A stretch of DNA of 63,565 bases, the filler included, from Octopus bimaculoides (lineage: Eukaryota): NCBI RefSeq assembly GCF_001194135.2. It is 7 parts of 4 records of this genome, joined end to end, with 100 filler letters (N's around TTAATTAATTAA, not from the genome) between each part and the next. Parts side by side here need not be neighbours in the genome. Positions count along the whole stretch, not along the records: positions 7,360 to 18,339 come from NC_068994.1; positions 18,440 to 26,659 come from NC_068994.1; 5 more parts are not named here. One strand, given 5' to 3'. A model generated the notes under the pieces. It was given only the letters and a program-made list of their open reading frames with translations. It had not been told where the DNA came from and did no database searches. Positions within the stretch are counted from its first letter, which is position 1. Each line of letters opens with the position of its first letter. Made by a program: the position numbers and the translations under genes. Shown in pieces: positions 13,261 through 25,627 of the stretch.

Positions 13261-14678
13261 CTGTAAATGTATTTCATTAAGTATTTATTTGCGATATTAC
13301 ATATTGTATTTAACTCATTTGTCATTAAATATATAAAACAAACCTTCATTTATACGAATTTTTATATATAATTTTGAACTCTTGTAATATATTAAAATTT
13401 TACGTACCATATATTATAATTTGAAACTTTGACATGTATAGTATTATAATTTTACCCTAGTGTACCAGAAACTGTAACAATCAGAGAGTTATAATTTAGT
13501 GGAAAGTCTCTAGAGATAAAATTGCCGGAAATATTGCAGAATGAAATTCAAAGGTCCTTTGTTCCAAGTATACTAAATAGGCTTGGACTGGTGTGTTACA
13601 TTCTTATATCTTGTTAATCTGCTCAAAATATTTTAATGTCTAATAGTAGAGATCGTGCGCTGCAATATAAATATTTCAGCACAATATTAGCTTGTTGAAA
13701 AGAAATTCTGTTTCAACTATTGTAATCACAATTAATACATGCTCAGTTTTTAAAATTATGCTGAAAATTCTTGGTTCTTTATCTGTACTCATCATATCTA
13801 CTTGTTCTCTTTTTATGGCTATTTCAATGGATTCTATTCTTCAAAACTTCCCAGCTTTAACCTCCACTTTTTATTCATCTTTTGTCGTGTCTCAATTTTG
13901 TCAACCAGGCTCTGAGTTTCTCCTTAAATCTTGCCGGAATGCACGTGCATTTTATTTTTCATTCCAGACTACACCATTCTCTAGAATTGTCTATGCTCCA
14001 TTCGTGTTTTTCAACAATATATTGAATACCAATATTGAATTTCACATTAGACAAGTCACTAATTTAGCTTGTTTGGTTGCTCCAAAACTTTAATAAACTT
14101 TCTTAATCTTCACTAATTTCAGTTATTATATGCTCTAAAGTTGAGCCTTATATTAGTATGATCTTATTCAGATTATAATTAATGTAGCTTCGTTTATATT
14201 TAATTTTATTGAAGTGGACCTCTTTATGTTAAATACATTCGTTTAATTAATTCCCTTCCATTCAGTTCTGACAGGGCAGCTGCAATTTACGCGAAATGCC
14301 CGTATTACTTGAACAAAACAAAAACCATTATACCGTTAATTACTTCAACCTATATAAACAAACAAAATCTAGAAGTAAATATTGTATCCAATTCAGTTAA
14401 AATATAATCTTCATGTCGCAAAATATCGATTTATTTAGTCAAATTATAGGATCGATTTCTACAGAGAAGGGATATATTGTGCAAAAGCAAACCTGTATTT
14501 TACTAGTACTTATTATTTCGATTAAATAAAAATGAAGTTGAAGTCCGGCATCAGAAGGATTTTAAAGTAAAACTATAAGAGTGAAACTCAAAATAGTATC
14601 GACCATCCCGATTACTCTTACTCGTAACAAATTCTAATGAAAGGATTCCTATCGATTACAGATTTCTTAAAACTTTAC

Positions 14679-14778
14679 CTTGACCAAATTCGTTATCAAC
14701 CACTTGATTGTTAATGATAAGTTGAATTGAAGTTCCATCCTTCTTCAAGGTAACCGTGTTCCATATGTTTGAATTGCC
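14679..14778 (-). CDS. Pif-like/LamG gene exon (GNSNIWNTVTLKKDGTSIQLIINNQVVDNEFGQ)
   Basis: aacttttag|GGC..CAAG|gtaaag, phase 0->1; W..V.L..DG..I.L.IN LamG motif. Confidence 0.85.
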
Positions 14779-14973
14779 CTAAAAGTTAAAATTTGTTGAT
14801 AATTAAGATCTTATAAATACATTTTATATAAATGAAAATTTCAAAACTTGTGCTAAATTAGAAAAAAATCATAATAAATATAGAACTAAGAACACCAATG
14901 TTTAGGAAAATGGCATTTTAGTCAATAGAAGGTTATGAGTTCTAGCTTATCCAGACCTTGCTGTCATCTAAAA

Positions 14974-15283
14974 CAGTGGTTCCCAAACTTTTTCGAGCGG
15001 CCGCCCCCTTGACCTCCAGGCCACATTCCTAGCACCCCCACCCCGACTAATTATCACAAACATAGACCTCTTTTTGAAGTAAATTCAAAGTAAATATATT
15101 TCACAAATAAAACTTAACATAATGAACCCATCATTTTGTTGCTTTTACGTTAATGATTACCCCATTATCACCCCATTTTTTACATGAATCGTTATCCCAT
15201 TATCGCCCCACTTTTCTTCAACGCCCCTTGGAACTTTCCACCACCCCCGGGAGGGGGCAATACTGCCCACTTATGAACCACTG
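14974..15283. mobile_element. hAT-type MITE (310 bp) with perfect 8-bp TSD
   Basis: atctaaaa|cagtggttcccaaac ... atgaaccactg|atctaaaa. Confidence 0.9.
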
Positions 15284-15740
15284 ATCTAAAAGATCAAACA
15301 TTCATCCAGGAAAAGACAATATAAATGGTCCTATTTAGATATTGGTAAAAAATAGCAGCACATTTCTATTAGCAAAGGAAGTATTATGAAATATATTGAA
15401 CAGTTTCGTTGGTATATTTCGTTGGTATATTGTGAACACATACAAGTTCATGTAACACATACAAGTTCATGATAACGACATCATTCTTGTATACAGCCCA
15501 TTTGAATCAACATTTATAGTGTTGCATTATTTTTTGTGCATATGCAGATTGATGCCTATTTATATAAGATGGAAAATTAGTCTATACGAAACTCATACAT
15601 TTTTTAGAGCATAAGTGATGGAAACAAGGGAAATTGCTTCTCCTGAGAATTGAAACAGGGCTGCCGATTCAGTGTAGAAGGGTGTTAATTTGTAGTTAAC
15701 AAAGCTAACGTACGAAAAAATAAAAATAAATTTAACTTAC

Positions 15741-16096
15741 CAAACTACCTGACAAGTTATAAGCAGTCTCTTGAAAATTGTAACTTAATACTATTAAAGC
15801 ATAGACAGTCGAATAACCTACAGATATGCTGTATGTTCCATTATTTGAACATTCGTTGTTGCTTACTAAGGCTTTTTTTTCTTGGTTTTGGTTTGCCCCA
15901 ATTTTAAAACTAATCGACAAACGAAAATAGTCACCAATTTCATTATTAGCTAAAGCAGGAACTGTTAAAACTGTAGAGCCGTTGAAAACTACTGCATTAC
16001 CAGCGAAGGATGCATAATCGGCTTTTACATAATAGTTATAGCCAACTGATGATAGGCTCGACGTCAAAGGAAGAGTTACGTTTAAACATGGCGGCA
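15741..16096 (-). CDS. Pif-like gene exon, N-terminal half of the LamG/ConA-like domain
   Basis: Polypyrimidine tract + ttcag|TG..TTG|gtaagt, phase 1->0; AVVFNGSTVLTVPALANNEIGDYFRLSISFK..ALVSNNEC matches the Pif/BMSP LamG pattern FxGxxxLxxP..N..G..F.IS..FK..ALVxNxxC. Confidence 0.88.
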
Positions 16097-16899
16097 CTGA
16101 AGTGTAAACGAAAAAGAAAAGGGAAAAAACAAGTTTAAATAGAATGGAAAATAAAAACGAACTAAATATATTTTGGTTAAATTACACTGAACAAATTTAA
16201 TAACAGCGTAGTAAATTCTTTCATAAAAGACAAAGTAAAAGTATTTTAGTTGAAATTTGAAAACTTTAATGACGTTTTTCACTTGTGATCTGAAACTACA
16301 GACTGTAACCAATATCTTTATAGTGGACTTAATTTGACATATTCCATTAAACCATAATTAGCCAGATCTGGTCGAACCAATTCTGACCGATAAATGAGTA
16401 ATTTACCTGGTTTAGCAATCCTTAGCAAGTAATAACTTTCAAAGAACCAGTCGCTATATATGTATCAATGGATTGCCACCTCAGAGAAGACGTAAATATT
16501 CAGCTATATTCTCTTTAACAAATGTTACGCCTGTCTATCTATGATAGTTTTGATAACGATTAAACAAATGTCATATAACCAAGATTTCATATCAAATAGT
16601 TGGTGTCATCTCACAATCGAAACTAAAAGCTTAACAGACGATATCCAATACTGTAGCACACATTTAAATTACAGTCAGCGTGTTTACAAGATCACGAAAG
16701 TGTCCCGATCTTCTGGTAATCAACTCACTCCCTACTGTCTTCAAAAAGGGATAATGCAATCCAAAATATATTATATTCGAAGATAATAGAGATGTTGTGC
16801 TCATAGCCGAAACATCTTTGATCATTTGTCGTTTCGTTGTCAAGACTAATCTGCGATAAACATATGGAATGTCTTCATTATTAGAGTTTTAGGGTTCAG

Positions 16900-17095
16900 C
16901 AGAATAATTATTTCTGGTTTAGGGACAAGGCCAGAAATTTCGAGAGGAAGGGGTTGCTTTATTGTATTGATCCCTAAAGGATGAAAGGCAAACGTAATCT
17001 CTATGGAATTTGAACTCAGAGTGTAGAGAGCAGGGACAAATAACACAAGGTAATTTTTCTAGCATTCTAACGTCTGCCAGTTCGCGACCCAAGGT
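16900..17095 (-). mobile_element. SINE family C (diverged)
   Basis: gggacaaggccagaaattt..aaaggatgaaaggcaa..atttgaactcaga..ctgccagttcgc. Confidence 0.7.
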
Positions 17096-17210
17096 TTCAA
17101 CATGATAATAAACAACAAAATACAGATGTTGTATTTAGTCGATTAACACCACCAGAAGGTGGCATCCTAGGGCTGTATTCCAATGTAATCATTAAAAGAA
17201 AAACAATAAC

Positions 17211-17360
17211 CTGTTTGAGTTTGGTTGGAACCTGGCACACATGTGCATGAAGACATATTAAATCTTAAGGTGCTTGGGCAAGTACCCTCTATCCATTTTC
17301 GTCCATCTTTCTGAAGATATCGTCCTGGTATTAGACTGGGCATAAAAGTTTCAGTACATG
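17211..17360 (-). CDS. Pif-like gene exon, chitin-binding-like Cys domain
   Basis: ctcatttcag|CA..CAG|gttatt, 150 nt, phase 1->1; CTETFMPSLIPGRYLQKDGRKWIEGTCPSTLRFNMSSCTC. Confidence 0.85.
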
Positions 17361-18071
17361 CTGAAATGAGATAAAAATATACAAATTAAAAATAATGCAG
17401 CAAAAGAAATTTATTGAACAGTAAATTACATGAATATATTTCTTAATCGAATTTCCAAAACTTCTCGAGTAAATAAGTTTTACAAAATTTCCCTCGATTT
17501 AACGATTAAATATCTTTGGTAGAAGAATGAATGCCTGATTTCAGGTTAAGAGAATGATTACCAGCGGAGCAATATATAATAAAGGATGATCCTTAATCCT
17601 CCAGTTTTTGAGGCATTATATAAGATATTAAAGTTACCTAGGAGAGTTCTGGTTTATAGAGTCTGTGGTGTGAGATGATGTACAACCAAGCCAGATATAC
17701 TTAGCACAAGCTTTATACAGTTGTGAACTGTACCTTCACTTGTTACTCATTAAGCGTTAGAAACTCCAGCATAACAGTGGTCCAAAATTAAAGATGCATC
17801 GGAATAAAAGAATGTATAGTGTAAGGATTTTGAGTCATAATCACAAACAAGATTTAGAAACAAGTTTTTAGCATGGTTTAATGGAGAATCGGAAGAGACA
17901 AAAAATATTTAAGATATAGGTCCGAAAAACATAATTGGTCGACATTTTGCAATATTTAACATAAGTTAAAAGAATTTAAGACTCAAATATGTTACAAAAA
18001 CATTTAACATGTTACATGTCGTAAGACTACACGAGGCGACAGAAAAATTCAATTAGTTAAAAAAAACATAC

Positions 18072-18245
18072 AAGCGTTGTTATTTATTAGAGGGCAGCCA
18101 CGATCACTAGCACATAACTGCAAAGTTTCGTTAAAGCTTTGGCCGAGGAGACACTGTTTAACTGGTTCGACTGGACGGTTATTAAGACACTCGAAGTATT
18201 GTCTGCAGTTGTACAAATCTTTCACACGACTCTTTCCACCGCAAT
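18072..18245 (-). CDS. Pif-like gene exon, CBM14 (ChtBD2/peritrophin-A) domain
   Basis: ttttatctttgtag|AT..GCTT|gtatgt, 174 nt, phase 1->1; CGGKSRVKDLYNCRQYFECLNNRPVEPVKQCLLGQSFNETLQLCASDRGC has the 6-Cys CBM14 spacing. Confidence 0.9.
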
Positions 18246-18476
18246 CTACAAAGATAAAAAAATTGATATTTTAAAACAGAATAAAATAAATACAAACTAA
18301 CAGCAAATATGAATACATATATATATATAAATATATATANNNNNNNNNNNNNNNNNNNNNNNNNNNNNNNNNNNNNNNNNNNNTTAATTAATTAANNNNN
18401 NNNNNNNNNNNNNNNNNNNNNNNNNNNNNNNNNNNNNNNAATGTCGGTTATTGTTTTTTTCTCTTCTTCTTTACAG

Positions 18477-18539
18477 CCTCCACCTATAGTAAAGTTATCG
18501 TTCATACTCTGCCTCATGAAAGGCTTTTGATAGTTTCTG
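18477..18539 (+). CDS. Possible stalk exon of the receptor gene ((x)STYSKVIVHTLPHERLLIVS)
   Basis: Strong acceptor ttcttctttacag; phase 1->1 joins the TM exon in frame; donor gtcata is weak. Confidence 0.4.
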
Positions 18540-19470
18540 GTCATACAGTCCCCTATCCATTGCAGTTTTATATCATACCCTTCTCAGCTTTATTTGATCT
18601 TATTTTCACACAGTTTTGTTCTGCTAAACCTTGTCATGCATTGGTTACCCTGCACATAGTTCTCTTCCTAACATATCAATGTGATATTATCCATTTTATA
18701 ATTTGATTTTAGTTTGCAATGGTTTCTGTTGTTGCATCGCCAAGCTTTCCTTTACCGCCTTCGTTTATCACGGCGTTAGTTTCTGTATATTTGGCATCCA
18801 TAAAGATTGAAAGTTAGATTGTTTTTGCTTTTTGCGATCTATGCATCCAAGAATAGTTTACTCTCTATTCTTTCGTGCAAGTTGTTTTGATTAATTATGA
18901 ATGGTTGTTCATCGGAACACCACTGATAATGGCGGGGAAGCCATCAAAATTAACGGTTGAAAAACAATAATATAAGTAAATATAAGACATTGCAATTTAG
19001 AAAGAATTTAATAAAATGATTTCAAAATAATATAAAGAAAATAAAGAATATTACTGGTTTCGATAATGAATCTCATCTTATTACATAGCAGTAAAAAATT
19101 CATAAACATTTGCAGTAAAAACAGTTTGTCTTCTGCCTGGTGGTCAAAAACAGGTTTGGAGATTTTTCGTTGAAATCTTCTTCAAATATAGTTGGATAAA
19201 AAGTTCAGGGTGTTAGAGATAAAGAAAGGGGGTGGAGTTGTCTATTTCTAAAAGCAATAAACAATACTCTGTGGATTCCTCTCAAGGGTGTGGCTTAAAG
19301 GCATTTATTGAATGGGTTTTGTGTCCAATTGTGTGTGTGCGCCCGACGAGCGTGTGCGTTTGTAGTGAATGTTCTTTCAATGTGTTTGGAATGTGACTAG
19401 CTGTGTGTTGATAGGTGTGTATCCTGTGATGAATGTATTGTGAAAGAAAACTTGGGAATTTCGTTTGCGT

Positions 19471-19885
19471 TTACTCTTTTACTCTTTTACTTGTTTCAGT
19501 CTTTTGACTGTGGCCATGCTGGAGCACCGCCTTTTAGTCGAGCAAATCGACCCCAGGACTTATTCTTTAGAAGCCTAGTACTTATTCTATCGATTTTTTT
19601 GCCGAACCGCTAGGTTACGGGGACATAAACACACCAGCATCGGTTGTCAAGCGATGTTGGGGGGACAAACACACACATACAAACATACACACACACATAC
19701 ATATATATATATACATATATACGACGGGCTTCTTTCAGTTTCCGTCTACCAAATCCACTCACAAGGCTTTGGTCGGCCCGAGGCTATAGTAGAAGACACT
19801 TGCCCAAGATGCCGCGCAGTGGGACTGAACCCGGGACCATGTGGTTGGTAAGCTAGCTACTTACCACACAGCCACTCCTACGCCT
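19471..19885 (-). mobile_element. SINE family B, full length (tRNA head, CORE-like ccttgggcaagtgtctt segment, internal microsatellite, (AAAGAGT)n tail)
   Basis: RC aggcgtaggagtggctgtgtggtaagtagc..ggttcagtcccactgcgcggcatcttgggcaagtg..; homologous to 26865-27274. Confidence 0.92.
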
Positions 19886-20130
19886 TTGATGTTTTTTTTT
19901 TAGTGTCTCCACTTGTGTGTATGTGTGTGTGTTTTTGCATTGGTTTCTTTTGTGTGTATGTGTTTGTGAGTTTGTGTATGTGTACAGACGTGTGTGTGTG
20001 TGTTTGTGCTTCAGTGTATGTGCAGAGGTGTATTTTTTTGCGATTTTTCCTTTGTCCGTATGTGTGTGTGCATGTGTGTATGTGTGTATGTGTGTTTGTG
20101 TGTTTGTTTGTACGTGTGTTTGTGATTGTA

Positions 20131-20209
<79 letters not shown>

Positions 20210-20779
20210 AGGTGTGTGAACGCTTTTGTGATGTTTTTTTTTTGCGTGTATGTGTGTGTGAAAAGAAAACACTTAATCTTAGATTTGGCCCCAAGCAGTA
20301 GAAAATACTCCCTCAGAAAAGAATAGAAAATAATTCACAATCTCTTCCCAAATCTAGGATGCATACTATCTCTTTGTCGATTTCCTCCTCCAATTCCACA
20401 CAGATTTCCTTCTGACATTATCAGATACCAGTTTATTCTTAGGGTCTCATGCAACTTCCTGATCTATCAAGGATACGTCTGTCAAGGATACGTCCGATCA
20501 CATTATGTATGTAACTCCTTTAGGTACTGAGAGGCCTAGCCGACGTGGAGTACACGAACTGTTCCTGGTTGGTCACTACTTCTTTTGCCATCCCTTCTAC
20601 ATCCTTGCAACAGTCAATATGGTCGGTATATTAATAAATATTCCTTGATCGTTTACTTCTGATGATGACCATCTGTGCGTGAAATATATCATGTTATTAA
20701 ATTTATTCCTTTTTCCGCATTGTAAAAATCTGCCTTAGTTTGCTCATTTTACTAATATTTATAGTAAAGCCGCTTATAT

Positions 20780-21000
20780 TGGTTTTAAATTTGGGCACAA
20801 AGCCAGTAATTTTGAGGGAAGGGCTGAGTCGATGACATCGACTCTACTAATTAACTGGTATTTATATTGTCGACAGCGAAAGGATGAAAGGTAAAATCTT
20901 CCTCAGTGGAATTTTATCTAAGAACTTAAAGACGGGCGAAATACCACTAAACATTTTGATCGGTGTGGTTAAGATCTTGCTATCTCACCGCCTTATAATT
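20780..21000 (-). mobile_element. SINE family C (diverged)
   Basis: gggcacaaagccagtaattttg..aaaggatgaaagg..ctcaccgcctt. Confidence 0.75.
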
Positions 21001-21480
21001 TCACTAAAATTAAAAGCAACCTACGAATGGTATGAATGGCGTTAAACAATTCAAAGAAAACAACATGAATAGCAGCAGAAAGCATAAAAGTGTACTGTGT
21101 CCTCAAATTTCCTCTTCGATGTACTGAATTTGTAACTGTAGAGGAGACACTCATTGACCACCAGCGACCACGAAGAAAAAATTTGGTTGGCTGTGAGTAT
21201 ATGCTATTGACGATGCCTAAGGAGCTGGAAATGCATCCATCAAACATTCTTTGCAGCAGCTGTTGCGATGATTTTCATCTAACGCCGATATGTATTTTGT
21301 TCCTAAACACAGCACATCCGTAAGACATAACACCGGAACACTACCGTAGTAAATTTGTTTCATTTTGTACCTACACTGCATATGATGCGCAGATGACTAT
21401 GGCTGTTTACGCACACTCACACACACTTAAATATATTAATATATGCGTGTGCATTTCTGTGTAATATATATGCATATATG

Positions 21481-21524
<44 letters not shown>

Positions 21525-21699
21525 NNNNNNNNNNNNNNNNNNNNNNNNNNNNNNNNNNNNNNNNNNNNNNNNNNNNNNNNNNNNNNNNNNNNNNNNNNNN
21601 NNNNNNNNNNNNNNNATATACATATACATATATACATACATATACATATACATATATATATATATATACATATATATACACAAACACGCATATACATAC

Positions 21700-21733
<34 letters not shown>

Positions 21734-21852
21734 ATATATATGCGTGCGTGTGTCTGTGTGTCTGTGTGTGTCTTTTTGTGTGTATTTGGTTGGTTGTGAG
21801 TGTATAAGTAAACAATACATAAGTAAATAATACATTTATTCTCATTTTCCAG

Positions 21853-21946
21853 AGAAACGTGGTAAAATTTTGCTGCTGAGTGCATTAGTTTCATTTCTCC
21901 TACTTGTATTAATAATCGTAGGAATGGTGGTTGCATTTTGGTATTG
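21853..21946 (+). CDS. Transmembrane exon of a receptor-PTP-like protein (KRGKILLLSALVSFLLLVLIIVGMVVAFWYW)
   Basis: cattttccag|AG..TG|gtatgt, phase 1->2; hydrophobic stretch of about 25 aa; splices in frame to the basic stop-transfer exon. Confidence 0.85.
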
Positions 21947-22696
21947 GTATGTGGATATTTTTATATTTCCTTTTTTGTTTTTTACTTTTAAATGTATTTA
22001 GTGGAGTTGAATGACCACTAAGTTTTGGGCTAGTGTCCTTACTATGTGCCATTTTCGGTTATTGAGATATAAGAATAGATCATAATCCATACAATATTAT
22101 CCATATAAATAGACAATATTGTTTCCTAATTACGATCTATACGGATTTATTACTACTTATGAGAATATTAAATGCAGTAACTGTCCTGTTTTATGTTAGA
22201 TTCTGAATTAATATTAGCAGTAAGAACTGCAACATTACTTTAAGCAGTTTGATACTAACGTGATAAAAACAAGCTTTATAATTTTTGTGGGATGAAAGCA
22301 AAAACTGTAAATATTTACACCGAGTCCTCGCTTTTACACCAAATCCCAGCATTTAATATCAGTATTTCGACAGGATGAAGTGAGGAAATATAAAGGGCTG
22401 AATACTAGTGATACAGGCAAACAAATATTGAGTTTATTTTCACAGTGTATCTAAAACAGGACTTTAACAGTAAAGGACATATTTCGTGGTACAGTATGCT
22501 ACAGTGATTATAGTACGACAGTTTGCTGAAAGATTCATAGGCTGATTATGAAGGATTGTTGCTAGAAATATGAGATATTACATGCATATATGTCAACACT
22601 TCTTATTACTAACGATATAGGTTATTTTCATGTCAAATGACATTTGACTATTCAAAGAAGACTTCCTATGTAATTACTAGCGAATTCTCTTGAAAA

Positions 22697-22925
22697 TTGA
22701 GAAAATTTGGCATCGTGATGTTGTCGAATAATTGAAGAAAAAAGCTTTAGGCCCACAAGGACATTCATGCTGACATGGTTGCTACGTCAGGGGATAATGT
22801 TCCAGCGTTATTAACAGTTTAAAAATGGGCAGCTGAATTTAGTGGGGGGGAGTCTTGAGGTTAACTGAAGGTCTGGAAGTCCTGCCATCACCGAGGAAAA
22901 CAAAGTAGAGTCATTGTAGCTTGAC
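22697..22925 (+). mobile_element. Mariner transposase N-terminal fragment
   Basis: EKIWHR..KK(x)LGPQ.DIHADMVAT..DNVPAL..V*KWAAEF..E.LE...RSG.P..TEEN, with frameshifts. Confidence 0.75.
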
Positions 22926-23028
22926 CTTCAGTTTTTCTAAAAAGAACTCGGAACGTTTGGCCTCCAATCATGCCTTTCGCGACACCCTCTAAGCTAGGAA
23001 CTTTTCAGCACCCCACCCTTCCCGTATA

Positions 23029-23062
<34 letters not shown>

Positions 23063-23704
23063 GATAGATAGGTAGGTAGGTAGGTAGGTAGGTAGGTAGG
23101 TAGGTAGGTAGGTAGGTAGGTAGGTAGGTAGGTACTTACCTATACATATTACTAATAATTATGCATTGTTACATTGGCACCGTTTTATAACTGACATGAC
23201 ATCGATGTAGCGAGTTGAAATGGTCTCCAAAACTAAAATGTTATCAGTCTAGCAGCGATGTATGTTGGTAACTGATTTAACTCTGAACCTAAAAGGCAGT
23301 AAGGCCACTCTACGTATTTAATAAAGCTTAAAATAACAGTATTTCACATAAGTGCAGAATTTAATCGTTATAAAAATGGAGAAATAAATATTCTCATGTT
23401 GGCAATAACATTTCACTCGCAAACTTCGTGATATAAATAAAGGAATATTAACCTTATAAGTAAGTATAATGTGTCATACAGGTTACTTATTGTTTCAATT
23501 TTTGCATGAAATTGAAGATCATGGTGTTCGCTTTTTTGATTCTTTTAATTTGTTGCTATAAATTTACGAGCGGTGTATCATTATTAATAGTATTATTTAA
23601 TATTATACTGTAACTGTATAATATTTAGCATTTTTGTCTTAATTAGACGATCACATTGATAATTACACACTTGTAGTTTATGAAATGTTTCTATATTTCA
23701 TTAG

Positions 23705-23799
23705 GAAATTTAGGGGTAAAAGATCAATTGCAAAACGTCACGAGAAAATCCGCAAAATACAGGAAAATAAGCGTGCAGAAGCCGTTCCTGAAGATACAG
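23705..23799 (+). CDS. Juxtamembrane exon 1 (KFRGKRSIAKRHEKIRKIQENKRAEAVPEDT)
   Basis: tttcattag|G..CAG|gtaggt, phase 2->1; completes the TGG codon with the TM exon. Confidence 0.82.
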
Positions 23800-24635
23800 G
23801 TAGGTTTATTACCTCTCACTGTTTCTTTGATTTTTCTTCTCTGTCTTGTGAACGTTCCATCGTCTCGGAAAATCAGTGACTATTTTATTATGATTTAATA
23901 TGTTGTCTTTTGTATATTTAAAACTGTTTCCCTACATATACGTGTCATAGTTGATTAGGTAGGATATCAACCTAGGAAACTCCTGAGGGTTGATGTTGTA
24001 ATGAGGAATGAACGTCGAGTTTAGCACGGGATGGTGGGGGAGGGGCAGAATATCGTAATAATATGAAAGACGGGAAGATCAAATGATTAGGGAGTACCCA
24101 AGGGATAAGTGAGAAGACTAGCTAGCTCTCAAGAGAAAAGTTAGTCTCGTATCGGTTAATAGATCAGAAGCTGATGCACATAGTTTTTATGTATACATAC
24201 ACGCGCACCCACACACACGCACACATACACACGTTATCATCAACTCACACATACCCTAACATAAATGCATACTCATTCATAAATGTATGCATGCATACAG
24301 ACATACACAGAAGTATAAATGAATACTGTGCAAGGCTTCGGTGGGAAATATCTCAATTATTTCCTAACACATAGAACACAATGCAGAAAGCGTAATTAAC
24401 TTGACTGAAAAAAAAAGAAGAAAAATTAATAAAAGAGATTGAAAAAGAAGGAAATTAAAATGTAAAAACAAAATACAATTGTAATCTTATATTTGAAACA
24501 ACCGTTTGATTTTTAAGATGCGATCCAAAATAAAGATATGATTTTCTTCGTACACATTATTTGTTGTCAAATACTCTGAGTTTTTTAAATTCTATAAAAT
24601 GATTGCTTGATTTACCTCTCATACATGAGGATTTA

Positions 24636-25393
24636 GTGGAGGCGCAATGGCCCATTGGTTAGGGCAGCGGACTCGCGGTCGTAGGATCGCGGTTTCGATT
24701 CCCAGACCGGGCGTTGTGGGTGTTTATTGAGCGAAAACGCCTAAAGTTCCACGAGGCTCCGGCAGGGGATGGTGGCGAACCCTGCTGTACTCTTTCACCA
24801 CAACTTTCTCTCACTCTTACTTCCTGTTTCTGTTGTGCCTGTAATTCAAAGGGTCAGCCTTGTCACACTCTGTGTCACGCTGAATCTCCTCGAGAACTAC
24901 GTTAAGGGTACACGTGTCTGTGGAGTGCTCAGCCACTTGCACGTTAATTTCACGAGCAGGCTGTTCCGTTGATCGGATCAACTGGAACCCTAGTCGTCGT
25001 AACCGANNNNNNNNNNCGCAATGGCCCATTGGTTAGGGCAGCGGACTCGCGGTCGTAGGATCGCGGTTTCGATTCCCAGACCGGGCGTTGTGGGTGTTTA
25101 TTGAGCGAAAACGCCTAAAGTTCCACGAGGCTCCGGCAGGGGATGGTGGCGAACCCTGCTGTACTCTTTCACCACAACTTTCTCTCACTCTTACTTCCTG
25201 TTTCTGTTGTGCCTGTAATTCAAAGGGTCAGCCTTGTCACACTCTGTGTCACGCTGAATCTCCTCGAGAACTACGTTAAGGGTACACGTGTCTGTGGAGT
25301 GCTCAGCCACTTGCACGTTAATTTCACGAGCAGGCTGTTCCGTTGATCGGATCAACTGGAACCCTAGTCGTCGTAACCGACGGAGTGCCAACA
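24636..25393 (+). mobile_element. SINE family A with 13-bp TSD; body written twice across a 10-N gap
   Basis: TSD acatgaggattta at 24623-24635 and 25394-25406; copies 24636-25006 and 25017-25393 are identical (probable assembly duplication). Confidence 0.93.
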
Positions 25394-25587
25394 ACATGAG
25401 GATTTACCTGGGAATTTGCATTCTACTTACATTTACTGGTATCTGACTGTAGGAAATTTAATCTTATTCCATAATACTGAGTGCTTAATTGATATCAGTC
25501 CTGATTTTTAATCCCATTTATATATATATATATAAGGTAAATAAGACAAGGAAGAAAATGCTAAAATAATTTTATCATGAAGAACAA

Positions 25588-25627
25588 TTTAGTACCAGTT
25601 TCAGTCTTTGCGACTTCTTCAGAGTAA
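25588..25627 (-). ncRNA. Type I hammerhead motif, core intact, stem I degenerate
   Basis: CTGAAGA-agtc(gcaaa)gact-GAAA-ctgg-TA; tail runs to (TA)n at ~25520. Confidence 0.55.

Noticed and set aside
14140-14350. Candidate next Pif-like exon after 14679 (tatag|GT TGA)
   Set aside because: Immediate stop; the exon at 13181-13260 gives the expected LamG motif instead.
17625-17740. Minus-strand ACAKYIWLGC peptide resembling a CBM14 piece
   Set aside because: Poor acceptor and phase incompatible with neighbouring exons, which already splice cleanly.
21010-21390. Complex unique sequence with short ORFs on both strands
   Set aside because: Many stops and no recognisable motif; possibly an old transposon but unsupported.
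24636-24720. tRNA-like heads of SINE families A, B and C as tRNA genes
   Set aside because: They continue into SINE bodies with tails and TSDs; no complete cloverleaf.
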